NCBI GenBank assembly: GCA_016213435.1
Contig: JACRAL010000098.1
Coordinates: 141 to 64,140, forward strand
Origin: Bacteroidota bacterium
GTDB taxonomy: Bacteria > Bacteroidota > Bacteroidia > Palsa-948
Length of the DNA stretch: 64,000 bases
Direction: 5' to 3'
Shown here: positions 18,464 to 27,716 of the stretch, one piece after another
How the letters are laid out: the number at the start of each line of letters is the position of its first letter
Numbering within the stretch: the first letter of the stretch is position 1
Position numbers and translations under genes: made by a program
The notes under the pieces: model-generated
Seen by the model: the letters and a program-made list of their open reading frames with translations, nothing else
What the model was told of the DNA's origin: nothing
The model's database searches: none

Positions 18464-19171
18464 TTAGTAAGGAGCCACTGAAGACCCTATCAAAATAGCT
18501 TTCAGCCATGTGTTCGCAGCCGGAGCTACTGCAAAGTCAAGGTTAAACTCAAGACCTTGTTCCGCTTCCACAAGTTTGGGATTCTCCAACCTGAAAAGTC
18601 CTTTGCGGATGTCTGTCCTGCCTCCGGTGTCAAATGCTTCGTTGGAAACACGGGCTGCCGGAGTGATGGCTTTTCCTCCGTTGATTTTGAGTTCAAAATC
18701 TCCGTTGCGGATTTCGTGAGGTATCACATCAAAGGTTACGTCCTCTTTGAGTGGTGCGATACCTGCCAAAAGAACTACCCCGCTTAACAGGAAGTGATTG
18801 TCTTTTTCGAGTTTCTGCTTGCTCACGTTGCCAAGTCCCGGAGCTTTGTTGTCGCTGTCGGTAATCATCTTCACGGTTTTGAAGCCACCGGCAGATTTCA
18901 CGAAATAAAATTCGCTGTCCACCATTTGCAGCCTCTTATCTAACAATCCTTTTTGGATGTCGGCAGGCAGCATGGCTGCTTTGCGTAAAAATTCCGTCCT
19001 GGAGTTTTGTTTCAACGCCACAGGAACACGCTTGTTCCACATTTTTTTCATTGCCATTGCTTTGCGGTCAGGAGGCAGTGCGTTGATAGCGCCAAGCAAT
19101 TCGTTGGTTGTTTCCACTGACAAGGCTCCGAGATCGAAGTCCTCACTGTCTAATACTTTGTTTAAGTCCAT
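18464..19171 (-). CDS. hypothetical protein
   Basis: 235-aa ORF. Confidence 0.4.
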   Translation of the reverse strand: MDLNKVLDSEDFDLGALSVETTNELLGAINALPPDRKAMAMKKMWNKRVPVALKQNSRTEFLRKAAMLPADIQKGLLDKRLQMVDSEFYFVKSAGGFKTVKMITDSDNKAPGLGNVSKQKLEKDNHFLLSGVVLLAGIAPLKEDVTFDVIPHEIRNGDFELKINGGKAITPAARVSNEAFDTGGRTDIRKGLFRLENPKLVEAEQGLEFNLDFAVAPAANTWLKAILIGSSVAPY

Positions 19172-19227
19172 TGTTTTTAGTTTTTAAGGGTTAATAATTG
19201 TTTTGGTTTTTTGATTTGATTTTTGGT

Positions 19228-19803
19228 TTATAATATTTCAGCATATTCCACATTCAGCCCTGAAATTTCTGATTCACTTTCTGTATCAACTGCTGAAATT
19301 GGTGTTGAAACAGGAGTGTTTATATTTTCAGGCAAGGCAGGTCGGAACGAATTGTCCTGCAATAGTTTCATAATTTCGTCTTTCGCTTCCCGGTAGTATT
19401 TGGCTTCCAAGGGTCGGTTTTCACTGTCTCCTGCCTCGCCAAGCCCTTCAAAGAGGTCTTTTTTCAGCAGCTTGGCACCGCTGATAACTCCTGAACCAGC
19501 AAAGCCATAGCCGAAACTTTTCACGAAATCATTTTTTCTTCCGAAGTAGATAATGGTGCCTCCGGCTCCGAGCTGCGCTAAGGGTTTGACGATTGTCTTC
19601 CACTGGAATTTGTCAGGGTTGGCAGCATCGGGGGTAACAGGAAGGAATTTATCTACGGCTTTGCCCGCCATGTTTCCTACCCATATTCCCGCTACAATCA
19701 AAAGAGGTTTGCTGCTTTCGCTTAATACTTTTTTTCCTGCCTCTTTTGCTTTTTCAATTCCGCTAAGTCCTTTGGACTTGCATTTTGTTTGTTTATTAGC
19801 CAT
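19228..19803 (-). CDS. hypothetical protein
   Basis: 191-aa ORF with a hydrophobic N-terminal segment. Confidence 0.4.
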   Translation of the reverse strand: MANKQTKCKSKGLSGIEKAKEAGKKVLSESSKPLLIVAGIWVGNMAGKAVDKFLPVTPDAANPDKFQWKTIVKPLAQLGAGGTIIYFGRKNDFVKSFGYGFAGSGVISGAKLLKKDLFEGLGEAGDSENRPLEAKYYREAKDEIMKLLQDNSFRPALPENINTPVSTPISAVDTESESEISGLNVEYAEIL

Positions 19804-19843
19804 TGTTATTTGATTTTTTTAGGTTAATAGATTTGTGATAGTT

Positions 19844-21664
19844 TTAGTTTAGATTCATTATTGGAATCGGGTTACGTTTTGGCTTTCTGTGTTTCCTTTT
19901 CGGAACAGCGCCTAATCCCACAGCTTTTCTTGCTTTTGGCGATACTGCCAGTGCGATAGCTGTTCCTATCACAGCAATACCGATAGCTGTTTTTCCCGGA
20001 TTCTCTTTCACGAATGAGCCAACCTTGCTTATAAATCCTTCGCCTTCGGGTTTATCATTTCCTTTATCATCACCGGATTCTGCATCACCGGATTCTGCCT
20101 TTTCATCAGGGGCTTTTTCCGCATCACTCACCGTTTCGGGAGCAAGCGCAGTTTCTTTTCCGAAAGATTTTTTCCACCATTCTTTGATTTTCTGAATGAA
20201 ACCTTTTTCATCGGCAGGAGTATCTTCGCCTTTTTCAGTCAGTCCTGCGCTCTTTATTTCTCCTGCTACTTTGATGAGTGGCGCTGCGGATGCTACAACC
20301 GTTGCAATGGTGGCTGGTTCTCCCAATTCTCCAAAACCTTTGAACTGCTTTGCAGCTCTGCCATTCATAATGGCTTTTTTCATGTTCTCGGCTTTGCCCT
20401 GAAGGGTACCCACAAAAAGTTTTTCAACTTTCGCCAATGCGTTTTTAGCCCTTTGCCATTTGTCGGTAGTGATTCCCCTTGTCTTCGCTTCGGATTCAGA
20501 GAGGTAAGCGGGATAGAGTTTTTTTGCGAAGCCCAGTAAGTTAATTTTCATGGCAAGCAGAAAACCGCCACGTACAGCAAGGGTCAAAGGATTGTATCTG
20601 ACTATTGCTTTAACTGCTTTTTTCGCAACTTCTCCTACTTTCTGCCCTACCTTTTTCACTCCCTGCCCGACTTTCTTCACCGCTTCCTTTATATTTTTAA
20701 AAAATTTCTTGCGGGCTTTGATAGCTCCAAGTCCGTTGATTTCACCATCATCGTCATCCTCTCCGTCAAGTCCACTCACGCCATTGTGCTGATTCCATCG
20801 TTCTTCTTCCTGCTCCAAAATTTCCAATGCCTTATCCCTGCCCGGAGTGTTCCAGTTGTCAATGGCATAGTTGAGCATCTGCAAATGAGCTGCTGCACCT
20901 CCTGACGTAAGGACTGATTTGGGATTTTCCATGATGTAATCCCTTGTCCGCACCAAGTGGTTGTAAATTGCTCTTAGCTCTTGTTCATCGGAAGGAATTT
21001 TGCCCATTCCTTCGAGGTAGTCAATCTCTGCGAAATCAACTCCTGTTAAAATGCCATACAGTTCTTCGTCCTGGATCGGATCCGGTCCGGACAGAACTGC
21101 TATCGGTAGTCCGTTTAGTGTTGTCATGTTGTATTCAAATTTTTCGGTGTATGGTTTTTCATAATTGAACTCGTCCACTACGCAATCCATGAGGTAATGA
21201 CTGCCCTGTGATTTGGGAACTGCCACGTACACATGCTGCCAGTCGCCTTCGTATTTGGTTATTCTGAACTTGTGAGGTATGCCGAGATTGGCAAGTATGG
21301 AACTGATAAAAATGGAATAGCAGTCGCAGTCCACGCCTGATATTCTATCGTACCATGACCTTGCAGGTCTGCGGAGTTGTTCTAATCCTTTCTGATCGAG
21401 CTTGTATTGAATGTGGTCGTAAACAAAATCCCAGATGTTCCGGCAGGTCTGCTCAAGATTTTTTCCTTTCAGTTTTGGTGCAATCAGTTTGGTATCGTCA
21501 ATGTATTTATTCACTACATCAGCCATGAGGTGAACGGTGTCTTTCACGTTACCATCCCGGATAACAACATCGTCCTGCATTTTGGCAACAGGAAACAGGT
21601 GATCGTATTCCAAACCACTTTGGATATTTCTTCTTTTGGTTGCTATGAGACCGAGTGTATTCAT
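19844..21664 (-). CDS. transglutaminase-like cysteine-protease-fold domain protein with Lys/Ala-rich repeat region and C-terminal TM segment
   Basis: GVDCDCYSIFISSILANLGIPHKFRITKYEGDWQHVYV...YLMDCV fits the Cys-His-Asp transglutaminase-like core. C-terminal KKVGQGVKKVGQKVGEVAKKAVKAI repeats, then a TM helix and a basic tail. Confidence 0.45.
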   Translation of the reverse strand: MNTLGLIATKRRNIQSGLEYDHLFPVAKMQDDVVIRDGNVKDTVHLMADVVNKYIDDTKLIAPKLKGKNLEQTCRNIWDFVYDHIQYKLDQKGLEQLRRPARSWYDRISGVDCDCYSIFISSILANLGIPHKFRITKYEGDWQHVYVAVPKSQGSHYLMDCVVDEFNYEKPYTEKFEYNMTTLNGLPIAVLSGPDPIQDEELYGILTGVDFAEIDYLEGMGKIPSDEQELRAIYNHLVRTRDYIMENPKSVLTSGGAAAHLQMLNYAIDNWNTPGRDKALEILEQEEERWNQHNGVSGLDGEDDDDGEINGLGAIKARKKFFKNIKEAVKKVGQGVKKVGQKVGEVAKKAVKAIVRYNPLTLAVRGGFLLAMKINLLGFAKKLYPAYLSESEAKTRGITTDKWQRAKNALAKVEKLFVGTLQGKAENMKKAIMNGRAAKQFKGFGELGEPATIATVVASAAPLIKVAGEIKSAGLTEKGEDTPADEKGFIQKIKEWWKKSFGKETALAPETVSDAEKAPDEKAESGDAESGDDKGNDKPEGEGFISKVGSFVKENPGKTAIGIAVIGTAIALAVSPKARKAVGLGAVPKRKHRKPKRNPIPIMNLN

Positions 21665-22212
21665 ATCATTACTTCCTCCGTAAAAGTTTTGTTGATGTCA
21701 TTCCCGCTGGTGATGACTTCTATTTTCAATTTTCTGCTTGGCTTCTTTCCTGCAAAGCGGGAAGCGAGGTATTTGATAAAGTCAGGCATGACCGGCAAAA
21801 CAGCATTGGCATAGAACACTACGTCCACATCGCTGATAAAAGAAGCGTCTTTCGCTTTGAGCGTAATTTTTTTATCGGAGGGCGTGGAGGTTCCTATGAG
21901 CTTGTTGTTATAGTAAACTTTCAGGTAGGGCTGTGAAACAATAAGGTCTTTGTCGGTAGGATTATCGGCTTTTATGTCTGCCTTGAAAACTACTTTCGGA
22001 ATAGCAAGCCCCAGCCCTTTTAATCCCTGTGATTTAAGGTCGAATCGGTCAATATGAAAATTGAGAGCATCGGCAGTAGCGGAAGTGCTTAAAAGCCGTG
22101 TAAGACCATAAATGCCTGCTGCGGATAAACCGCCAACTATTAATATGGTTCCTGCCTTACTCATCTTTTTTGTTCCTTTTACTTTTGATTTTATGCAGCA
22201 TCCAGTCTCCAA
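21661..22212 (-). CDS. hypothetical membrane-anchored protein
   Basis: 183 aa with N-terminal TM segment. Confidence 0.4.
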   Translation of the reverse strand: METGCCIKSKVKGTKKMSKAGTILIVGGLSAAGIYGLTRLLSTSATADALNFHIDRFDLKSQGLKGLGLAIPKVVFKADIKADNPTDKDLIVSQPYLKVYYNNKLIGTSTPSDKKITLKAKDASFISDVDVVFYANAVLPVMPDFIKYLASRFAGKKPSRKLKIEVITSGNDINKTFTEEVMI

Positions 22213-22381
22213 AAACCTTTACCGCCAGCATAATTGCACCGCCTATGAGCGAGTGAATTGTAAAATCAAACAGTTCACTTGTGCGGATATTCAGCAGAGC
22301 TTGTATGTTAGTTATGTAGTGGGTCATGGCTCCGATGAATCCACCGATAAATGCCAAAAAATTATTTGTACTTCCGTTCAT
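22157..22381 (-). CDS. small two-TM protein (holin-like candidate)
   Basis: 74 aa, two hydrophobic helices and a charged C-terminus KSKRNKKDE. Overlaps neighbouring ORFs, so gene status is uncertain. Confidence 0.25.
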   Translation of the reverse strand: MNGSTNNFLAFIGGFIGAMTHYITNIQALLNIRTSELFDFTIHSLIGGAIMLAVKVFGDWMLHKIKSKRNKKDE

Positions 22382-22405
22382 TTTTTTCTGAGATTAGAAA
22401 AATCG

Positions 22406-22648
22406 TTACAGAGGTTGAGTTTCGGAAGTTGGTTCATCAGGTGAAACAACAGGTTCAACAGGTTGTTCCAATACAACCGGAGCATCGAGGATTTCCCATT
22501 GAAGCGTATTTAAGTCGTATGGAGTACCTCTCTTTATAATGGTTTGTTTTACCGGGTCAATCGTGCCTTCGACAAGAAGTTCAGGCAGTGGGAAGGTCTT
22601 GCGCTCGTTTGAGCCGACTTCTTTGATACTTGCGTTTATGATTTTCAT
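22406..22648 (-). CDS. hypothetical protein
   Basis: 80-aa ORF. Confidence 0.35.
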   Translation of the reverse strand: MKIINASIKEVGSNERKTFPLPELLVEGTIDPVKQTIIKRGTPYDLNTLQWEILDAPVVLEQPVEPVVSPDEPTSETQPL

Positions 22649-22799
22649 GTTCCGAAATTTTTAATTGATGTTTAAAAATGTTTTCGGGACAAAGGTGAGC
22701 AGGGCTGATGAGTAGATTTTGAAAAGGGTGGAGGGTAATGGATACTTAATGACAGATGACGATAAAGGGAGATAAAAGAAGATTACAGTGGACAGCTAT

Positions 22800-23039
22800 T
22801 TATTTTTTCCTTGAGGGAGAAGTGTTGCGGATATAGGAGATAATTTCAGAAAAGTTTAATCCCTCGTAATCGCAGTATTCTTTTATCGTGAGCTTTCTTT
22901 TATCCGCAGCAAGACAATCACGAATAGCTTTATGCGACTTTGCAGTGCTTTTGTAGGAATCACTGCCGGTGAGCTGCATGAGGTCTTTTATTGTGAGATA
23001 TATTCCGCCTTCCATCTGGTAATCAAAAAAAGTTTGCAA
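22800..23039 (-). CDS. small HTH DNA-binding protein (AlpA/excisionase-like fold candidate)
   Basis: 79 aa. LTIKDLMQLTG and TIKEYCDYEGLNFSEIISYIR resemble a two-helix HTH_17-type unit. Divergent from the next gene. Confidence 0.4.
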   Translation of the reverse strand: MQTFFDYQMEGGIYLTIKDLMQLTGSDSYKSTAKSHKAIRDCLAADKRKLTIKEYCDYEGLNFSEIISYIRNTSPSRKK

Positions 23040-23082
23040 CTTTACAGTATTAATATTTTATCAATGGGAAGAAATTCCGTTT

Positions 23083-23298
23083 ATGCCAATTATGGCTAAA
23101 ATTGACATTAATAGAATATGTATCTACTCTAAAGACATTGAAAGAATTACAGGCAGGAAAGGGCGTACAGCAAGAAAGTTGCTAAATGAAATTCGGAAGA
23201 AATTGGGAAAAGCAAAAAACGATTTTGTTACTGTTACAGAGTTTTGCGACCATACCGGATTGAATGAAGAAGAAGTACGAATGTTTCTGATTGATTAA
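23083..23298 (+). CDS. HTH_17/AlpA-Xis-like DNA-binding protein
   Basis: 71 aa. ICIYSKDIERITGRKGRTARKLLNEIRK...FVTVTEFCDHTGLNEEEV is typical of phage excisionase/AlpA-like regulators. Confidence 0.5.
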   Translation: MPIMAKIDINRICIYSKDIERITGRKGRTARKLLNEIRKKLGKAKNDFVTVTEFCDHTGLNEEEVRMFLID

Positions 23299-23789
23299 CC
23301 ACCCCAAAATCTTTAGCCAACCAAATACTTTCCTTCCGGCATAAATTTTGATTTGTTTTGATTTTATTTGTATTGGTTTCAGAATATTTTTTACATTTGC
23401 ATAACGATATTTGTTCTTTTAAATAGAATGTCATTTACATAGTATTCGGTTACCAATTCGGTTACCAAAACTATTGCAAATAGGTAAAACTATTGATATT
23501 CAAACGATTATAAAAACGATCTCGCTCCCAGCGGGATCACAGGTTGCAAAACCAAACAACTATAAAACCGTTTGATTGTCTATGACATCAGGCGGTTTTT
23601 TGTTTTTATACTCTCCAAACAAAATCAAGAAATCGCATGGAATAGGTTGCCAATTGTATTGCATGGTGAAAATGTTCAACAAAGAACATTGATTTCAAAC
23701 CTCTGAAAATATTTTTTTGACTAATTATGTTTGTATCGTTTTTTTTTACATTTGAGTAGTTATTAGAGATGCCTGTAAGTAATGGAGGG

Positions 23790-23819
23790 TTGAACGCAAG
23801 TTAATACTAGTTACCTTTG
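23790..23819 (+). promoter_or_regulatory. Bacteroidetes sigmaA-type promoter for ruvX (TTG at about 23790-23792, 19-nt spacer, TAccTTTG at about 23812-23819)
   Basis: Matches the -33 TTG / -7 TAnnTTTG consensus with 19-bp spacing. Confidence 0.4.
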
Positions 23820-24233
23820 CACATGGGAAGAATAATGGCAATTGACTTCGGAACAAAAAGAATGGGTATTGCTGTTACGGATCCATTGAAACTGATTGCC
23901 AATGCGCTTACAACTGTTGATGCAAAAGGGATAATGTATTTTTTGGAAGAGTATTTTAAGAAAGAAGAAGTGGAATGTGTGGTGCTTGGAAATCCCAATT
24001 CTAAAGGTAGGGGAGGGGATATGACCCAAATGGCAAATGATTTTTTCGGAAAGTTGAAAGAAAAATTTCCCTCAGTGAAAATTGATCGAATAGATGAATT
24101 CTATACTTCAAAATTAGCACAGCGAACGATAATAAGCAGTGGAATAAATAAAACAGCAAGAAGAGATAAATCGTTGGTAGATAAAATTAGTGCAACTATA
24201 CTATTACAAAACTATTTGGAAACAAAACAATAG
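23817..24233 (+). CDS. ruvX: Holliday-junction resolvase-like protein RuvX/YqgF (true start probably the ATG near 23835, MAIDFG)
   Basis: MAIDFGTKRMGIAVTD is the canonical YqgF/RuvX N-terminus; 130-140 aa. Confidence 0.85.
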   Translation: MHMGRIMAIDFGTKRMGIAVTDPLKLIANALTTVDAKGIMYFLEEYFKKEEVECVVLGNPNSKGRGGDMTQMANDFFGKLKEKFPSVKIDRIDEFYTSKLAQRTIISSGINKTARRDKSLVDKISATILLQNYLETKQ

Positions 24234-24250
24234 CTCACCCCAAAAATCTT

Positions 24251-24264
24251 CCCCTTAGGAGGGG
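24251..24264. repeat. REP-like GC-rich hairpin CCCCT-TAGG-AGGGG between ruvX and def
   Basis: Perfect 5-bp stem with 4-nt loop in an AT-rich intergenic region. Core resembles other elements in the window. Confidence 0.4.
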
Positions 24265-24280
24265 CTTCAAATTTTTAATT

Positions 24281-24847
24281 ATGATTTTACCAATTGTAGC
24301 ATATGGTGACCCTGTACTTCGGAAAGTCGGAGTGGATATTGACAAGCAATATTCCGGCTTGGAAAAACTTATTGCCGATATGTTTGAGACGATGGCAAAG
24401 GCAAAAGGTGTTGGACTTGCCGCTCATCAGGTTGGAAAATCCATCCGTCTTTTTGTGGTTGATGCAAGCCCGCTTGCCGAAGAGGATGAGCATCCGGAAT
24501 TAAAAGAGTTTAGAAAGATTTTTATCAATGCAAAAATTGTGGAGGAGAGAGGGGATGAATGGACTTACAGTGAAGGGTGTCTGAGCATTCCTGATATTCG
24601 TGAAGAGGTAAAAAGATTGCCTACCATTAGGATGAAATATATGGATGAGAATTTTGTATCGCACGAAGAAATTTTTACCGGTATTGCTGCCCGTATTATT
24701 CAACATGAATATGACCACATTGAGGGGAAATTGTTTGTTGACAGAATAAATACGCTCAGGAGAACATTGCTGAAAAGTCGTTTGCTGGACATTGCAAAAG
24801 GGAATGTGGATGTATCATACAAAATGAAATTTCCATTGAAGAAATGA
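24281..24847 (+). CDS. def: peptide deformylase
   Basis: Three PDF motifs GVGLAAHQVG, EGCLSIPD, QHEYDHIEG. Confidence 0.9.
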   Translation: MILPIVAYGDPVLRKVGVDIDKQYSGLEKLIADMFETMAKAKGVGLAAHQVGKSIRLFVVDASPLAEEDEHPELKEFRKIFINAKIVEERGDEWTYSEGCLSIPDIREEVKRLPTIRMKYMDENFVSHEEIFTGIAARIIQHEYDHIEGKLFVDRINTLRRTLLKSRLLDIAKGNVDVSYKMKFPLKK

Positions 24848-24938
24848 TTTTGTATTGTGATTTTAATAGCCCTGTCCTTTCGGTCGGGTGATGGGTGAAA
24901 AAACAAATTGGGCTTCAGCCCTGATAAATGTTCCGAAT

Positions 24939-25490
24939 ATGAAAAATAAAATTTTCCTTTCAGTTTTAAGTATTACGGTTTTGTTTGCCTGTTCGAACGG
25001 AAACAAAGATAGTTCTGGCGAAAAGCAAAATATGATCTCTCAGATCGATTCCCTGCAGAAAAACATGTTTAATGCCAAGAGTATGGAACTGGATAAGAAC
25101 CTTGCTTTCAAAGGAATTGCTGCTTACCAGGATTTTGTGAAAAAGTTTCCTGAAGATTCAATTCACAGCGCGGAGTATTTGTTTCGCATGTCGGATTTGT
25201 TAAGAGCAATGGGAAATTACGGCAAAGCAATCGAAAACCTCGGGCAGATCACAAAAAACTATCCTTCCTTCAAAAAATTACCGGAATGTATTTTTCTTCA
25301 GGGATATTATTCTCAGGAGTTTTTTGGTGATACTATTCGTGCAAAAGAATTTTACTTGCAACTGATCTCAAAATATCCAACTCATGCTTTTGCGTATGAT
25401 GCAAAGGAGCTCATGAAAATGTTCGGCAAATCCGAACAGGATATAATCAAAGAATTTGAAAAGAAGGAGCAAGAAGGAAAGAAAAAATAA
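24939..25490 (+). CDS. TPR-repeat lipoprotein (ORF track starts at 24888; lipoprotein start MKNKIFLSVLSITVLFAC is more likely)
   Basis: Lipobox LFAC followed by TPR-like helical repeats. Confidence 0.5.
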   Translation: MKNKIFLSVLSITVLFACSNGNKDSSGEKQNMISQIDSLQKNMFNAKSMELDKNLAFKGIAAYQDFVKKFPEDSIHSAEYLFRMSDLLRAMGNYGKAIENLGQITKNYPSFKKLPECIFLQGYYSQEFFGDTIRAKEFYLQLISKYPTHAFAYDAKELMKMFGKSEQDIIKEFEKKEQEGKKK

Positions 25491-25519
25491 AGCTTTAATT
25501 TATTTGTTAAAATTTAATT

Positions 25520-27709
25520 ATGAAAAAAATATTTTTTTACTTCTGTCTTCTTCTTGTTTCGTGCACATCAACCATGAACCCTAATCCATCCGCCATTGAT
25601 CATTTGCCTTATCCACAAACAAAAAAGGTGGACACGACCGATGAGTACTTCGCTGCAAAAATAGCTGACCCTTATCGCTGGCTGGAAGACGATAACTCGG
25701 AAGAAACAAAACAGTGGGTGGAGGCTGAAAATAAAGTTACGTCTGATTACCTTTCTAAAATTCCTTTTCGCCAACAGATAAAGGACCGGCTCACACAGGT
25801 TTGGAACTACGAAAAGTTTACAGCGCCTTTTAAACGCGGCAACTATTATTTCTTCTATAAGAATAATGGTATGCAAAACCAAAGCGTATTGTATGTGCAG
25901 GAAGGGTTGAGCGGAACTCCAAAAGTTCTGATCGATCCTAACACACTTTCTGCCGATGGAACCACTTCGCTTGCCGGCATCAGCATTCGCGAAGATGGAA
26001 GATATATTGCTTACAACCTTTCTAAGTCAGGTTCTGATTGGAATGATATTGTGACGATGGAAATAAAAAATGTTGAGAGGCAAGATTTCCTTTCTCTTCC
26101 TGACACCATTCACTGGGTGAAATTTTCCCAAGCGTCATGGGAAGGCAATGGATTTTATTACAGCACTTATCCTGCTCCAACCAGTCATGCGTATTCGGGC
26201 AAGAATGAAAACAACAAAGCCTATTTTCATCAACTCGGAACAAGCCAGGCAAAAGATAAACTTGTTTACGAAGACAAAAAACATCCGAGTAGGGGATATT
26301 CCATCATCGTTACAGACGACCGGCATTTCATGGGGCTTTTTGGAACCGAATCTACGAGCGGAAGTTCTTTTGCAGTCAAAGACATATCGCAAAAACTAAA
26401 AGAGAATATAGATACGGAAAGTGCTAAATGGAAGGTTATTGATTCTACTTTCAAAAACGATTATAACTTAATTGACAATATTGGCGACATGCTCCTTGTA
26501 CACACAAATGCGAATGCGCCTAAGTGGCAGCTTGTGATGATTGATCCTGCAAAACCTCAGCCGGAGAACTGGAAAAAAATTCTTCCTGAAAGCAATGATT
26601 TGCTTGAAAGCATTTCTCTCTGCAACGGAAAATTTTTTGCAAAATATCTGCATGATGTAACCAATAAACTTTGTATCTATGATTTAGATGGTAAGCTGGA
26701 AAAAGAAATCCCTGTTCCTCCTCTTGGTGTTGTCGATTTCAGTTCGGATAAAAAAGACAGCATTGCGTTTTATTCTTTTACTAATTACACCACACCTAAA
26801 ACAATTTACAAATACAGCATGGGTTCAAATACTTCCGAAGTATTTTTTAAGCCGAAAGTTGATTTTAATTCTGATAATTACGAAAGCAAGCAGGTTTTTT
26901 ATTCAAGCAAGGATGGAACAAAAATTCCGATGATCATTACTTACAAGAAAGGAATTACTCTTGACGGGAACAACCCCTGCTTCCTGTACGGCTATGGAGG
27001 ATTTGACATCAGTGTAACACCAGCGTTCATTACAAACTCTGTTGCGTTTTTGGAAAATGGCGGAGTGTATGCGGTGGCGAACATGCGTGGAGGAGGGGAG
27101 TATGGAGAAGAGTGGCACAAAGCGGGTATTGTTTGCAACAAGCAAAATGTGTTTGATGATTTCATTGCAGCAGTAGAATATCTCATCAAAGAAAAATATA
27201 CTTCGTCAGAAAAACTGGCAGTGCATGGCCGTTCCAACGGAGGGCTTCTCATCGGTGCAGTCATGACTCAGCGCCCAGACCTGATGAAAGTCGCTTTGCC
27301 GGGTGTTGGGGTGTTGGATATGCTGCGCTATCATAAATTCACTATCGGACATGCATGGGCGAGCGATTACGGAACAAGCGACAACAAAGAGCAGTTTGAT
27401 TGCCTGGTAAAATATTCTCCTCTGCATAATGTGAAAGAAATACAATATCCTGCAACGATGATCATGACCGGAGATCACGATGATCGCGTTGTGCCTGCCC
27501 ACTCGTTTAAGTTTGCGGCAACAATGCAGGAAAAAAATAAAGGAGTAAATCCGATTCTCATCCGCATTGACCAAAAAGCAGGTCACGGAGCAGGTAAGCC
27601 GACTTCAAAACAAATTGACGAATGGTCAGATGTCTGGAGTTTTGTGTTTTATAATCTGGGAATGGAGGTAAAAATTCAGGAGGCAGATCTTCCTGAGGGA
27701 AAGAAATAG
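25520..27709 (+). CDS. prolyl oligopeptidase family (S9A) serine peptidase, lipoprotein
   Basis: 729 aa. N-terminal beta-propeller region, catalytic GRSNGGLL (GxSxGG) and C-terminal Asp/His region. Signal peptide with LVSC lipobox. Confidence 0.85.
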   Translation: MKKIFFYFCLLLVSCTSTMNPNPSAIDHLPYPQTKKVDTTDEYFAAKIADPYRWLEDDNSEETKQWVEAENKVTSDYLSKIPFRQQIKDRLTQVWNYEKFTAPFKRGNYYFFYKNNGMQNQSVLYVQEGLSGTPKVLIDPNTLSADGTTSLAGISIREDGRYIAYNLSKSGSDWNDIVTMEIKNVERQDFLSLPDTIHWVKFSQASWEGNGFYYSTYPAPTSHAYSGKNENNKAYFHQLGTSQAKDKLVYEDKKHPSRGYSIIVTDDRHFMGLFGTESTSGSSFAVKDISQKLKENIDTESAKWKVIDSTFKNDYNLIDNIGDMLLVHTNANAPKWQLVMIDPAKPQPENWKKILPESNDLLESISLCNGKFFAKYLHDVTNKLCIYDLDGKLEKEIPVPPLGVVDFSSDKKDSIAFYSFTNYTTPKTIYKYSMGSNTSEVFFKPKVDFNSDNYESKQVFYSSKDGTKIPMIITYKKGITLDGNNPCFLYGYGGFDISVTPAFITNSVAFLENGGVYAVANMRGGGEYGEEWHKAGIVCNKQNVFDDFIAAVEYLIKEKYTSSEKLAVHGRSNGGLLIGAVMTQRPDLMKVALPGVGVLDMLRYHKFTIGHAWASDYGTSDNKEQFDCLVKYSPLHNVKEIQYPATMIMTGDHDDRVVPAHSFKFAATMQEKNKGVNPILIRIDQKAGHGAGKPTSKQIDEWSDVWSFVFYNLGMEVKIQEADLPEGKK

Positions 27710-27716
27710 CGCATCA

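Larger units (their letters stand above)
3745..23300 (-). mobile_element. putative mobile/phage-like island (replication ATPase, anti-restriction methyltransferases, lysis-like and fibre-like genes, ORFans, HTH switch pair); integrase and att sites not identified
   Basis: About 24 co-directional tightly packed minus-strand ORFs with ATGA/TAATG-type overlaps and mostly ORFan content. It ends at a divergent HTH pair followed by a 500-bp non-coding gap before plus-strand housekeeping genes. Confidence 0.45.

Noticed and set aside
22157-22381. Confident holin call
   Set aside because: Only size and two hydrophobic helices support it. The ORF overlaps both neighbours, so it may not be a gene.
3745-23300. 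Calling the island a tailed prophage with defined att sites
   Set aside because: No integrase, terminase, portal, capsid or tail tube/sheath could be recognised by eye, and no flanking direct repeats were found. Only a generic mobile/phage-like label is supported.
24866-24925. Additional REP-like element upstream of the TPR lipoprotein gene
   Set aside because: Only a 4-bp GGGC/GCCC stem and direct (not inverted) AGCCCTG repeats. Too weak.
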